A DNA stretch of 64,000 bases from an uncultured Gemmatimonadaceae bacterium (GTDB taxonomy: Bacteria > Gemmatimonadota > Gemmatimonadetes > Gemmatimonadales > Gemmatimonadaceae). The translations under genes were made by a program, and so were the position numbers. Positions within the stretch are counted from its first letter, which is position 1. The number at the start of each line of letters is the position of its first letter. The notes beneath the pieces are model-generated. The model was not told where the DNA came from. It was given only the letters and a program-made list of their open reading frames with translations, and did no database searches. Location: the NCBI GenBank assembly GCA_963790305.1, contig CAWBOC010000001.1, forward strand, positions 105,904 to 169,903. Direction: 5' to 3'. Positions 10,898 through 22,428 of the stretch are shown here, in pieces.

Positions 10898-11131
10898 ATG
10901 GTCGCGTGGCTGAACACTCGGTTCGCGTCCAAGGGCTTCGTCATCACTGCCGACACGCCACTCTTCGCGCGCGGGGTGATCGACTCGCTCGGCATTCTCG
11001 AGCTCATCGCCTGGACGGAAGTGAACACCGGGCGGATCGTGCCCGACGAGAGCATTCGCATGGACAACTTCGGCACCGTCGCGCGCATCGCGCAGACGTT
11101 CGTCGGGGAGGAAGCGCATGCGAACGGCTGA
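10898..11131 (+). CDS. Acyl/aminoacyl carrier protein (true start may be GTG 10866)
   Basis: DTPLFARGVIDSLGILELIAW contains the phosphopantetheine Ser; NFGTVARIA tail; ~77 aa. Confidence 0.88.
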   Translation: MVAWLNTRFASKGFVITADTPLFARGVIDSLGILELIAWTEVNTGRIVPDESIRMDNFGTVARIAQTFVGEEAHANG

Positions 11132-12038
11132 AGGCGTCGTGTCCGCGCTCCGGGCTCGCGGCGAGCTCTGGGATGTCGCCCCCGGGGATCGTCGGCCTGC
11201 GAGGGCGACGCGCTGGCGTTGCTGCGCTCGCTCGAGCACGAAATCATGCCTCGCTCGCGCAACGGGAGACGTCCGAAGACTGGGCGGCGCCGCCGGCGCT
11301 CGCGATGCGCACGCTGGAGCACGCCGAGTATTTCGCGTCGTTCCCGTTCTGGCTCACCGCGGCGTCGCATCTGCCTGACGACGAGTCGCGCGCTGGAGCG
11401 TATTGCGACCGACGATCGAGCCGATGCTCGGCGGCGCGGAGCGCGGCGCGCTGCACCGACGTGGCCCTGCCCCCGGCGCTCTGCTATCACGTCTTCGAGC
11501 GGCTCGCCGGGCGGCGCCTGACGACGACGGAGCTCGTGACACTCGCCGGCACCTGCTGGCGTCATGAGGGGTCGAGACTGGCTGCACTCGAGCGCCAATG
11601 GGCGTTCACAATGCGCGAGATCGTGTGCGTGGGAGTCTCGTCCGAAGAGTGGAGGACGTTTCGGCAGCGTGCGATGCGTCGCGCCGGCGCGCTGGCGTCG
11701 CGCCTCGATCTCGACGCCGGATTTCTCGTCGCAACCGATCCGTTCTTCGCGCCCACCGCGCGTGGGAAGGCAATCGTCCAGCGCGTGAAGGCGCTGAAGC
11801 ATGAGCTCGCGCTTCCCATTGGCGATGAGCGAAGCACCGCGGCCGCGTCGTTCAACAATCACGAGCAGTTCTTTGGCGAGGCCTTCGGCATCACGCTCGT
11901 CGACGGGTGAGGCGGCCTCGAGCGGGTGTGTCGCGTTCGGACTGGAGCGGTGGCTCCTCGCGTTTCTCGTTGCCCACGGCGTGGATCGCGCTGCCTGGCC
12001 GGTACGTCGATGCGACGTACGCGGAGGCCGAATCATGA
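11118..12038 (+). CDS. Seryl-tRNA-synthetase-like amino acid:[carrier protein] ligase (several indels)
   Basis: PALCYHVF, CWRHEG, LERQWAFTMREIV, ATDPFF, KHEL, ASFNNHEQFFG and SGCVAFGLERW; no tRNA-binding coiled coil. Confidence 0.85.
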
Positions 12039-12783
12039 GCACGTCCGCGCTCATTCGCCCGCACCTCTACGCGCGCTTCGCGTCCGCCGCCGAGCGCGGC
12101 GCGTGGTCCATCGACCGGGACATCGCCTGGCATGCCGTCGATCGCGACCGCGCGCTCGCTCAACCCGACATTCTGGTTGCGCTGCGCGACGCGGCCCTCA
12201 TCGAGTCGTTCCACCCGGTCAATCTCGCGCGATTTCTCCGCGTGCTGTGGGACGACGTCGACGGGTGCGCCGCGGTTGGGACTCGAAATGTACGAGGGGT
12301 TCAAGCACTTCCATGCCCTTCGGATGTACCTCGACATCGTCCGGTTCGAGCCCGCGATCACCGACGAGGAGCTGGTCGATCTGCGCCGCGCTGCGTTGAT
12401 CGTGATTTCGCACCGAGCGAGGTCATCGAGCACCTCGTCGAGTTCATGCTCAGCGAGCATCTCGCCGCGTACTTCTTTCGCCGGCTGAGCCGAGCGCGCG
12501 GAGGAGCCGGTGCTCGCCGATTTGCTGCGCTTCATCGCCGCCGACGAAGTGCGACACGCACAGAGCGCCTCCGACCTGATCGCAAAGCGAATCGCACGGG
12601 AACCGGCGCTCACGGATCGCGTCCTCGACCGCGGCGGTCTGCTTCCATCACTACGGCGAGGAGGCGGTGGGCGAGGTCCCCGTCGCCATGCCCGGCGATC
12701 CCATCGCCATCCGCACGTTCGCCGAGCGCATCGAGCGTCTCTGCGGGCGTCGTCTCGTCGATCATCTCAAGACCACGTTGTAA
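12035..12783 (+). CDS. Ferritin-like diiron protein 1 (desaturase/oxygenase-like; indels)
   Basis: WSIDRDIAW N-terminus; LIES, EGFKH, LSEH and ADEVRH helices. Confidence 0.75.
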
Positions 12784-12797
12784 CCGGGAGCCGACAC

Positions 12798-13343
12798 ATG
12801 CTCGACACCACCCGCGAGCTGGACCTCCTCAACTTCTATCGCGCCTCGGAGCTGCACGGGGGCCTCATCCTCGGCCAGATCGCGCGGCGCGTGCGCGACC
12901 CGCAACTCGTGCTCGCCCTTACCCGTCACGCGGCGGAGGAGGTCGTGCATGCGCAATGCTGGACGGAGACGATGATCGCGCTGGGCGGCGAATCCGCGCC
13001 CGGTGCGCGACACCTATCAAGCTCGGTACGCGCGCGCGCTTCGCGCCCCTGTATCGCTCTTTCACGTGCTGGCCCTCACCCAGGTCTTCGAGCGGCGCGT
13101 CTTCCGGCACTTCACGCTGCACTTCAGGCGTCCGGGGACGCATCCCGGCGATTTGCGCGACGCCTCAGACGCCTGCTCGATGAGGAGCGCGAGCACCTCT
13201 CCTGGGTGAAGACCTGGCTCGAGGAGCAGGAGAAGGTTCGTGGGCGCGAGCTCGTCGTGCGCACCATGCGGGAGTTCGCCGAAGCAGACGAGACCATCTA
13301 CGCGGAGCTGTGCGACGAGTACGGCTTCGCACGCGCGGCATGA
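12798..13343 (+). CDS. Ferritin-like diiron protein 2 (indels)
   Basis: YRASELHG, EEVVH, QVFERR and EEREH give the full E/ExxH/E/ExxH ligand set. Confidence 0.8.
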   Translation: MLDTTRELDLLNFYRASELHGGLILGQIARRVRDPQLVLALTRHAAEEVVHAQCWTETMIALGGESAPGARHLSSSVRARASRPCIALSRAGPHPGLRAARLPALHAALQASGDASRRFARRLRRLLDEEREHLSWVKTWLEEQEKVRGRELVVRTMREFAEADETIYAELCDEYGFARAA

Positions 13344-14530
13344 CCACCGCGACCATGGCAGTCGCCGTCTCGCGCGCGGAGCCCGACGTCGCGCGCCCGC
13401 TCGAGCGAGTACGCTCGCGGATGCGAGCGATGGCCCTCTCATGTTCGCCCAGGTCCGCGAGGATCCCTGCATCGAGATGCAGGCGCTCGCGCCCGCTTTG
13501 GGCGGTACGATCGTGGTCGTGAGCTCCGCCGGGTGTACCGCGCTGTCGTTGCTCGCCGCTGGTGCCCGTCACGTCGTCGGCGTGGACCTGTCACGCGCCC
13601 AAAACCATCTCGTCGAGCTCAAATGCGCGGCCATCCGTGCGCTCGCACGCCTGGACGCGATCGCATTCCTCGGCGGCTCAGCCCATGGCCGGCCTGTGCG
13701 CCGGCGTCGATTGTACGGCGTCCTCTCCCCCCTGCTCACCAACCACGCCCGCGCGTACTGGGACGCCAACCGCGATGCGATCGAGCGTGGCGCCTTGCGA
13801 GCGGGCAAAAGCGAACGGTTCATCTCGCTCGTTGCATCCGTCGTGGCACGGGCCGTCGTTCGCTCCGATGGCGTGGCGGCGTTGCTCAACGCTGACAGCG
13901 TTGAGGCACAACGGGACATCTTCGCGCACTCATGGGCTGGATGGCGGTGGCGCGCACTGTTCGCGGTGCTCCTCAATCGCTGGACGTTCTCGCGCGCCTA
14001 TCACCCTTCGTTCTTCGATCACGTCGAGAACCCGAGCTTTGCGCGACACTTTCGGCGCCTCGCCGAGCGAACGCTCACTGAGATTCCCGCACGCGACAAC
14101 TACTTTCTCCACGAGATGCTCACGGGCCGGTACCCCATGCACGAGCCCTTGGGTGTGCCACCCTATCTCACAGCCGCGAGGTGTGGCGCGGGGCGCCGAC
14201 GGCGCACGGACGCTGTCGCCTCGTCGACGGATCGCATGACCGAGTACCTCCGCTCCTGCCCGCCGCGGTCGATCAATGGTTTCGCCCTCTCCAACATTGG
14301 CGAGTGGCTCGATCGAAAGCGGACTCGACGCGCTCTTCAGCGAAGTGGCTCGCACCGCCCGCCCCGGAGCGCGCGTCGTCTTCAGGAATTTCGTTGGGTG
14401 GACCGAGGTTCCAGAGCGGTGGCGCAAGGTCATCGTCGAGCGGCCAGGCTATGGCGAGCGCTTGATACGCCGGGACCGTAGCCTGGTGCAGCATCGCGCC
14501 GTCGTGTGCAATGTGTGGAGCGCGGCGTGA
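13340..14530 (+). CDS. DUF3419 / BtaA-like SAM-dependent 3-amino-3-carboxypropyl transferase (indels)
   Basis: FAQVREDP, SSAGCTALSLL, VDLSRAQNHLVELK..AI, NYFL, LSNIGEW. Confidence 0.8.
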
Positions 14531-15660
14531 GCGCGACCGCCGTCGTGCCCGCGACACGGCTCGTGAGGCTCGCGACCGAGAGCGACAACGCGGCGCTCAT
14601 CGAGCTCGCGGCGTCGTGCCCCATGGAGGGCGACCTGTCGCTCCGCATCGATCGTGCGCCCGACTTCTTCGCGCTGAATCGTCTCGAGGGCGATCGGTGG
14701 AAGGTCGCGGTCGTCGACGGTCCACTCGGAGATCCCGTGGCGTGCGTCGCAACCGCCGAACGGCGCGTGTGGGTACACGGTCGCGCCAGAAACAATGGTC
14801 TACGCCGGCGACCTCAAGGTACACCCTGACTTTCGCGACACGCGCACCGCGGACGCGCTCGAGCGATTCGTCGCCGAGACGGCGCGCGAAGCGGGTGGAG
14901 ATCTCACGCCCGTTGTCTTGACCGTCCTCGCCGGAAACGCGGCAATGGAGCGGCGCGCCGCTGGCCCTCGCGGACTTCCGCGACTTCATCGCTTTGCCAC
15001 GCTGCACTCGTTTGCGATTCCGCTGCTGTGGCGGCGGGTTGTCGATGGCGCTCCCGATCTCCGAGTGCAGCGCGCGACGACGCGCGATCTGGAGGAAATG
15101 GCGGATCTATGGGCGGCGATCGCCCCGACGCGTCAGTTCTCGCATGTTCTGGACGCCGACGCGCTCGCCCGTTGGATTGCCGCCGCGCCCGGGCTCGAGA
15201 TCGACGACTACCTTCTCGCGCGCGACCTGCGCGGAAAGCTGCTGGGCTTCGTCGGCTATGGGATCAGCGCGCGCTCAAGACCCTTCGCGTGCTGCGCTAC
15301 TCGCCCGACGCTGTCGATTCTTCGCGGTCTCGTGACGTCGTAGCGCCCCTCGTCGGCGCAGCCGCCCCGCCGGAGATCGGCGCGCCGCTCCACTACGCCA
15401 ACGCCGTTCACCTCTGTGTTCCGGTGGACCGCGCGGACGTGCTGCGCACCCTCGTCCTCGGTGCCTACGACCGTCTGCGCGGCTCTGATCGCGTCTTCAT
15501 GAACGTCGCCCTCGATGCGCGCGAGCCGATCGTCGCTGCCCTTCGCGGATTGCTCGCCACGCCGACCGCCATTCACGCGTACGCCACCATGCCGCGCGGT
15601 GCGTGGGAGGGTCCGGCGCTCGATGACCGCCCACTGCATTTCGAAACCGCACTCGTCTGA
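14527..15660 (+). CDS. GNAT-fold acyltransferase (indels)
   Basis: VRLATESDNAAL...CPMEGDLSLRIDRAPDFFAL and YAGDLKVHPDFR; GTGA overlap with the upstream gene. Confidence 0.7.
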
Positions 15661-15667
15661 GGCGCAC

Positions 15668-16671
15668 ATGACCGCGAAGATGACCAGACTGGGCTATCAG
15701 AATGCGCTTCTATCGAGCGTTGCGTGCGGCGAACCGCCGCTACTCGCCAAAGCACGACATGGCGGCGCAGCCGTTTCCCGCCCTGATCCAGCTCCAGACG
15801 ATCAACGCCTGCAACGCGTCGTGCATCATGTGTCCCTATCCGCTGTACAAGAAGGAGTTCCCGCGCGGGACGGATGGAGGACGCGCTCTTCGAGAAGATC
15901 ATCGCCGAGATCGCGGAGCGGCCGGAGGTGCACACGTTCGTGCCAATGCTCCAGAACGAGCCCTTCCTCGACAGAAAGCTCTTCGACCGCATTGCGCGCT
16001 TCAAGCAGATCACGCACGGCCGCGTGGAGGTGGAGCTCGTCACGAACGGCGCGTTTCTTACCGCCGAAGCGATCGAACGCATTCGCGACGTCGAGCTCGA
16101 CGTCCTCGACATCAGTCTGGACGCCGTCAGCAGGCAGACATATGAGCGCATCCGCATCGGGCTCGACTTCGACGAGGTCATCGCCGGCGTCGAGCGTGTG
16201 ATCGATGCGCAGCTTCCGCATACCAGCGTGTTCGTGCGCCTGGTGAAGCTCCGCGACAACGCGCACGAGGTCCGCATGTTCGCGGCGCGGTGGCGGGCAC
16301 GAGGGATTCCCGTCTTCGTGTACACCGCGAACAATCGCGTCGGCGCACTTCCCGAGTTCGACGACAAGCTCCGGCTCACGCGCGAGCAGGTACCGCCGCT
16401 CCACCGCATCGGACGCCGGGCGGCGCGCGCCTGGCTCGGCCACTGCCCCGCCCCATTCGCGACGACGGACATCCTTCACGACGGCAGCGTGCTCCTCTGC
16501 ACGCACGATTGGGCGAGAAAGGAGATACTCGGCAACGTCCGCGACCAGACGATCGCCGAGATCTGGAATGGGGAGCGAATGCGCGAGATTCGTGCTGCCG
16601 TATATCGCCGCGAATACGACACCCTACCGGCCTGCCGCGGCTGTTCACTGTGGAAAGATGGCTGGGTTTGA
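15668..16671 (+). CDS. Radical SAM enzyme with SPASM/Twitch domain (indels)
   Basis: CNASCIMC (CxxxCxxC), NEPFL, TNG, ISLD; C-terminal CPAPF..DGSVLLC..GNV..IWNG..CRGC. Confidence 0.9.
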
Positions 16672-18900
16672 GCGTCTCGCGGCCGGGGTCGTGCACCGGC
16701 GTTGGCTCGTGGTGGCCGCCTGGTTGCTCGCCGTCGGAGCGCTCCTTCCTTTCGCCCGGACGATCGAAGACCGCCTAACCGTTGCTGCGCGGGTAGCGGG
16801 AAGTGAGTCTGCGGCGGTCGAGGAGGCTCTCGCCTCGCGATTCGGGTCGCCTTTCGCGCGCTGGGTCGTGCTCGTGGTTGCCGGCGTTCCGGGGCCCGAC
16901 ACGCCCGACGGTCGCGTTCTGTTGGAAAGCGCTGTGCGCACGCTCAACGATCATCCGCACGTGACACGTACCTTTTCGTATCTCGATGACGCCGATTCGT
17001 TGTTCGTCGGCGCGGCGGGAAGCGGGACGTTTCTCGTCGTCGGATTGGACCGGGGGAACGCGCGCGCCGAGCGAATGCTGCCGGGGCTGCGCACGGCGTC
17101 CAACCAGCTGGAGCGCGAGATCCGACGCTCACATCCCGAGGCGACCGTCCGATGGACCGGGGAAATCGCCCTCAACGCCGACCTGCGCGCCGCGAGTGCC
17201 GCAGCGGCAGAAGGCGCTGAGCGGCGTGCCCTTCCGCTGACGCTGGCGGTGCTGCTCCTTGCCTTTGGTGCGCTGGCGGCGGCAATGGTGCCCCTGTTCG
17301 CGGCAGCGGTCGCGGTGGGAGTCACGTTAGGCCTCGCTGCGGTCGCGTCGGCATGGTGGCCGCTGTCGATCGTACTCCAGAACGTGGTGTCGATGCTTGG
17401 CATCGGGCTCGGCATCGACTACGCCCTGCTCATGGTCAGCCGCTTTCGTGCGGCGCGGGCCGGTGGTTCCTCCGTTCATCATGCGGCCGTGGTCTGTGGC
17501 ACACGGGCCGGGCCCACGGTGGTGCTGTCGGCAGGAACGGTCGCGATCGGTTTTGCCGCGTTGCTTCTGGTCCCCCTGGATGAGATTCGCGCGATCGCCG
17601 TCGGCGGCGCTGCTCGTCACATCGATATCGGCGCTGGTCGCCGTAACGCTCGTTCCGGCCGCCCTCGCGATCTGGGGATCGCGGCTGGAGCTCGGGCGGG
17701 TGACGCGAGTCCGCGCGTCACGCGGCGAGGCGCGATGGGCGGGTTGGGCGCGCTTCGCGGTCACACGGCCGCGTGCCGTTCTCGCTGCCGGCGCACTTCC
17801 CATCTGCGCGCTGGCATGGCAGGCGACGCGACTCGACACGCATCTACCTCGCGGGGACTGGCTCCCGCGCGATATGGAGTCCGCTCGCGCCGTTCGCGAT
17901 CTCCAGGCGATGGAGCGTGGCAACGTGGTGCAGAGCATTCGCATCGTGCTCGAGCTGCCAACAGGCGTGACGGTGCTCGACCACGCCGGCTGGCGAGCGA
18001 TGTCGCGAATGACGGCGGCCCTTCTGCGCGAGCCGGAGGTTGCGCGCGTGCGCGCGCTTCCCATCATCGCGCCCGGCGCGCTTCCGGGGTCCATGCTGGA
18101 GTCGCTGCTGCCCACGGAGGTGAAAGCCACCTTCGTCTCGCGCGACGGCAGCTCGACGGTCCTCGAGGTCGTCCCCGCGAACGCCGCGTCGCCTAACGCA
18201 CTCGTCGACCTCGTCCTGCGGCTGCGCGAGTCGGGCGCGGCCGAGCTCAGCGGAGTGAAGGGTGCCCGAATGCTCGTGGGAGGCATTCCCGCCTTCAACG
18301 CCGATTATCGTGCCGCGCTCACGGGCCGCTTCTCCATGCTGGCGGCGGTCGTGATCGTCGCGACCCTGATCGTGCTCGAGCGTCGCCCTGCGCTCGATTC
18401 TGATCCCGCTCAAGGCCGTGCTGCTCAATCTCCTGTCGGTAGGCGCGGCATTCGGCGCAATGGTGCTGGTGTTCGGCGATGGCGTGGGCATTCAGCTCCT
18501 CGGCCATGATTCTCCGCCGGGCGGTACGTTCCCGATGATCCCGGTGCTCGTCTTCTGCATCGTCTTCGGTCTCAGCATGGACTACGAGCTCTTTCTCGTC
18601 TCGCGCATCATGGAGGCCCGACGCTCCGGCGCGAGCGATACCGACGCCATCGTCGAAGGCGTGTCGCGCACCGGTGGCGTCATCACCAGCGCGGCCGCCA
18701 TCATGATCGTCGTGTTTGGCGCCTTCACGCTCGGCGACGTGCTGCTCATACAAATGCTCGGCTTTGCGCTCGCCGTCGCGGTGCTCATCGATGCGACCGT
18801 CGTTCGCATGGCGATTGGACCGGCGCTCTTGCAGCTCGCCGGACGATGGAACTGGTGGCCAGGCTGTGACAGGCCCTTGGGGCCCAAACGGCTAGCTCGC
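16658..18900 (+). CDS. MMPL/RND family lipid exporter (indels; 3' end uncertain)
   Basis: [41 protein letters not shown] and LAGRWNWWP. Confidence 0.9.
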
Positions 18901-21900
18901 CCGCCGCGCCTCGCGGTCGTTCATACGCGCTTCTTCCCGTGGGTGGCGAGCGCTCTCGGTCACCGGCGCCCGGAGCGGTAACGTCACCGTGAACCGGGTG
19001 CCTTCGCCGGGCGTACTCTCCAGAGCGAGGTCGCCCCCGAGTAACCGCGCGAGCCGGCGAGCGACGCTGAGTCCGAGGCCGGTACCCCCAACCTGACGAG
19101 TCGCCGACTGCTGCACTTGCCAGAATGCCTCGAACACCTTGTCGGCGTTCTCCTTCGAGATGCCGATGCCGGTGTCCTCGACGACCACGACAATGCCGCC
19201 GTCGCGCTCCGCGAGCGTCAGCGTCGACGTGTCCGCGCTCGGTGAACTTCACCGCGTTCGAGAGCAAATTGAGGAGAATCTGGCGCACTTTGCCGGCGTC
19301 GGTTTCCATCGCAATCGCATGGTTCGGCACGCGCGTGACGAAGTCGAGCCCCTTCTCCCGCGCCATGGGCTCGATGAGCACGATGGTATCGCGGACGAGC
19401 GCGACCGCATCCGCCGGAGCCCGGACGACCGCCTCGCGACCCGCTTCCATTCGGGAGAAGGTGAGAATCTCCTCGACGATCTCGAGCAAGTGGCGAGACG
19501 CGGTCCGGATCCGCTGCACGTGACCATTCGTCTGCGACGGAATGGCCGTCGGCACGCCCATGAGCAGCAGCTCGGCGTATCCGATGATCGCGTTCAACGG
19601 CGTGCGCAGCTCGTGCGACATGACGGCGAGGAAGTCGCTCTTGGCACGGCTGGCAATGAGCGCCGTCTCGTACAGACGGGCGTTGTCCACCGCCATCGCC
19701 GCGCGCCGCGCAATCTCCTGAGCGAGCGCGAGCTCCTCATCGCCGTACCGCCGTCTCGACTCGGCGCTGACGAGAGTGAGGACGCCGAGCATGCGATCGC
19801 GTCCTTCGATGGGAACGGAGACGTACGAAACCGGTGTGATTCCCTCCATGGTGCTCGCGCGGTGATCATCGGGCGCTTCGAGATCGTGCCTCTGCGGTGA
19901 TACGACCGGGACGAGCTCCGCGTCCCCGGTGCGTGCCACGTGTCCAGGCCCCGACGGCGCGTCGAGCGATATCGGATTGCGAGTGCTGAGCTGCCTGACG
20001 CGCTCCGCCTTGGCGCGGTCGGCGTGCGCCACCGCCACGCGGTGCAATGTGTCCGGATTGGATTCGTCGATGACGTCGACGACACACCAGTCGGCCAGCG
20101 TCGGTACCACCAGCCGCGTAAGCTCCGTGAGCGCCTGGTCGCCATCGAGCGTCGAGGCCAGCACGCGGCTCGCCTCCATGAGAAACCGCTGCATCTCCTC
20201 GGCGCGCTTGCGGTCGGAGATGTCGCGCCAGTATCCGGTGAAGCAGGGCGCTCCCGCGGCGGGCACGCGCGTAATCGTCAGCTCGACGGGAAACTCGGTT
20301 CCGTCCGATCGGAGGCCACGAAGCTCGATGCGTCGGCCAAGGAATCGGGTTTCGCCGGTCTCGAGGTGCGCGTGCAGCGCCGCGCGGAAGACCTCCCGAG
20401 GCGACGGCGGAAGGATCAGCTCCCCCATTTCCCTTCCCACGGCCTGCGACGGCGGCCACCCAAAGGTTCGCTCGGCGGCCGGGTTCCAGTCGGTAATGCG
20501 TCCCGACGCGTCGAAAGAGATGACGCAGTCGATCGCACTGTCAATGACGGCGCGCGTGCGCGCCTCGCTCTCGCGCACCGCGAGCTCCGCCCGGCGGCGC
20601 TCGAGGAACTGACCGGCCTGACTGCCGATGCTCTGCGCCATTTGCAGCAGCTCGTCGTCCGGGTACCGGATCTCGGTACTGAAGAATTCCATCACGCCCA
20701 CGACGCGTCCGGCATCGATGAGCGGGAACGACAGCGCGGCATGCAGGTCACGGTCCGCGAATAGCGCGGCGCGGGTGAATCCCGTCTCGCGCGCGATGTC
20801 GGGAATCCAGAGCGGCGCGGCCGCGGCCCAGGTTTGCCCGGGAATGCCGACCCCGCACTCGAACGCGATGGCGCGATTCGCCTCCGCGAACGCTTCGTCG
20901 TGCTCGTGGTCGAAATGAATGTCCGCGCACCGCAGGACCTGTCGCTGCGCATCGAGCGCCCAGTGGAGCCCCACGTCCCAGCCAAGACTATCGCAGATGC
21001 CGCGCAATATGCGCGGCGCCGCTTCGGACATGCCGCTCGATTCGGCGAGCGTCTGCGTGACGACGAACTGGGCCGCGAGCCGGCGTTCCGCTCGCTTGCG
21101 CATCCCAATGTCGATGAGCACTCCCCGCAGCTGACACGGATGACCGTGTTCGTCGCGCGCTCCATAGACCATCTCGCGCATCCACGTCACGCGACCATCC
21201 GCGCTCAGCAGGCGATACTCGCTCTCACTGTGATCGCACGATTCGGCGACGTCGGCGAGGTGCTCGCGCACGTGCTCCCGATCGTCGGGGTGCACGATCC
21301 GCTCGACGTACGCCCCGGGCTCGAGCCAGACGTCGGCGGGCCATCCCAGCATCGATTCGGCTCGGCGATTCACGAACGTGAAATCCTGGGTGCGTGCGTC
21401 GGCTTCCCAGACGATGGCATCAATGCCTTCGACCAGATCGCGATAGCGGTGCTGCGCATCGACCGCGGCCGTCCGCGCGCCGCGCTCGGCATCCAGCAGC
21501 CGGGCCTGGGCGATCGCCGTCGCCACACGGTCGGCGACGAGCTGTAGGAGACGAATGTCATCCTCGGTGAAGTGCCGAGACGCGTCCGTGCCGATCTCGA
21601 GAACGCCTAACACACGCCCTTCGACGAGCAAGGGTGCCGCCGCCAACGAGCTGAACCGTCGGAGTGCTTGACGCACGCCAGGCATCGCCGCGACATCATC
21701 GACCGCGGCGGCCTCGCGGCTGAGCGCAACCTGGCCCGAGAGTCCCTCGCCCACCGACATCCGCACGTGCTTCGTTACCTCCTCCTCGAGGCCATTGGAG
21801 GCACATGCCACGAGCGTCTTGCCCGTCCTCCGCAATTTCGAGCACCGTCGCGTAGTCCGCTGCCAGGTGCTTGCGAATGCGCGAGAGGAGCTCGCGCAGC

Positions 21901-22383
21901 AGTGCGTCGAAGGAGAGCGTCGCGAGCGCCGGATCGGTGACGGCTCGGAGGGCGCGGATGCGCGCAGTCGCCGCGTCGGCACGATCGCTGGCGTCCCACC
22001 ACTCGCGGCGCAGCCACGCGGCTCGACGATGCGTCACGGCCCCCGCCATCATCGCCACCAGCAATGCCCCGAGCTCAGCGACGACCGTTAGGCGATCGTT
22101 GGCGGCATACTGAAGCACCGAGCCGGGAACGCTGCGCGCGAGCACGACCCACGCGCCCACCACCAGCCCGCCAAGCAACCCCACGCGGAGGCCACCGAGC
22201 GCGGACGCGAGCGCGAGAATCGCGATGAGCCCCGCCGAGGTCGCGGGGAGCTCCATGCCGCGCATGCGCAACCAGGCGGCGAGTGTGACCGCCGTCACCA
22301 CGAGCCCGAGAGCCGCCGCACGCACACTCAGCCGCGTTGCCGGCGTTGCGATGACGGGAGCGTCGGAGAAAGAGTCCTGCGTA
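18892..22383 (-). CDS. Membrane-anchored GAF/PAS/GAF/PAS/GAF sensor histidine kinase (indels)
   Basis: [13 protein letters not shown]-box, [16 protein letters not shown] and GGTGLGL. After an AGGAGG RBS the apparent start reads ACG (possible base error). Confidence 0.88.
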
Positions 22384-22428
22384 CGCTCCTCCTGGAGAGA
22401 GGTCCGGTTTTGGCCGCGCTAGGCGCGC

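Noticed and set aside
11801..13183. Fusion of the aa:CP ligase with ferritin-like protein 1
   Set aside because: The in-frame read-through is likely an indel artefact: a GGAGG RBS precedes ATG 12035, which forms an ATGA overlap.
13340..14530. Canonical DGTS betaine lipid operon
   Set aside because: No btaB-like methyltransferase nearby.
8798..18900. RiPP cluster because of the rSAM-SPASM gene
   Set aside because: No precursor ORF, RRE or peptidase; the context is carrier-protein and lipid chemistry.
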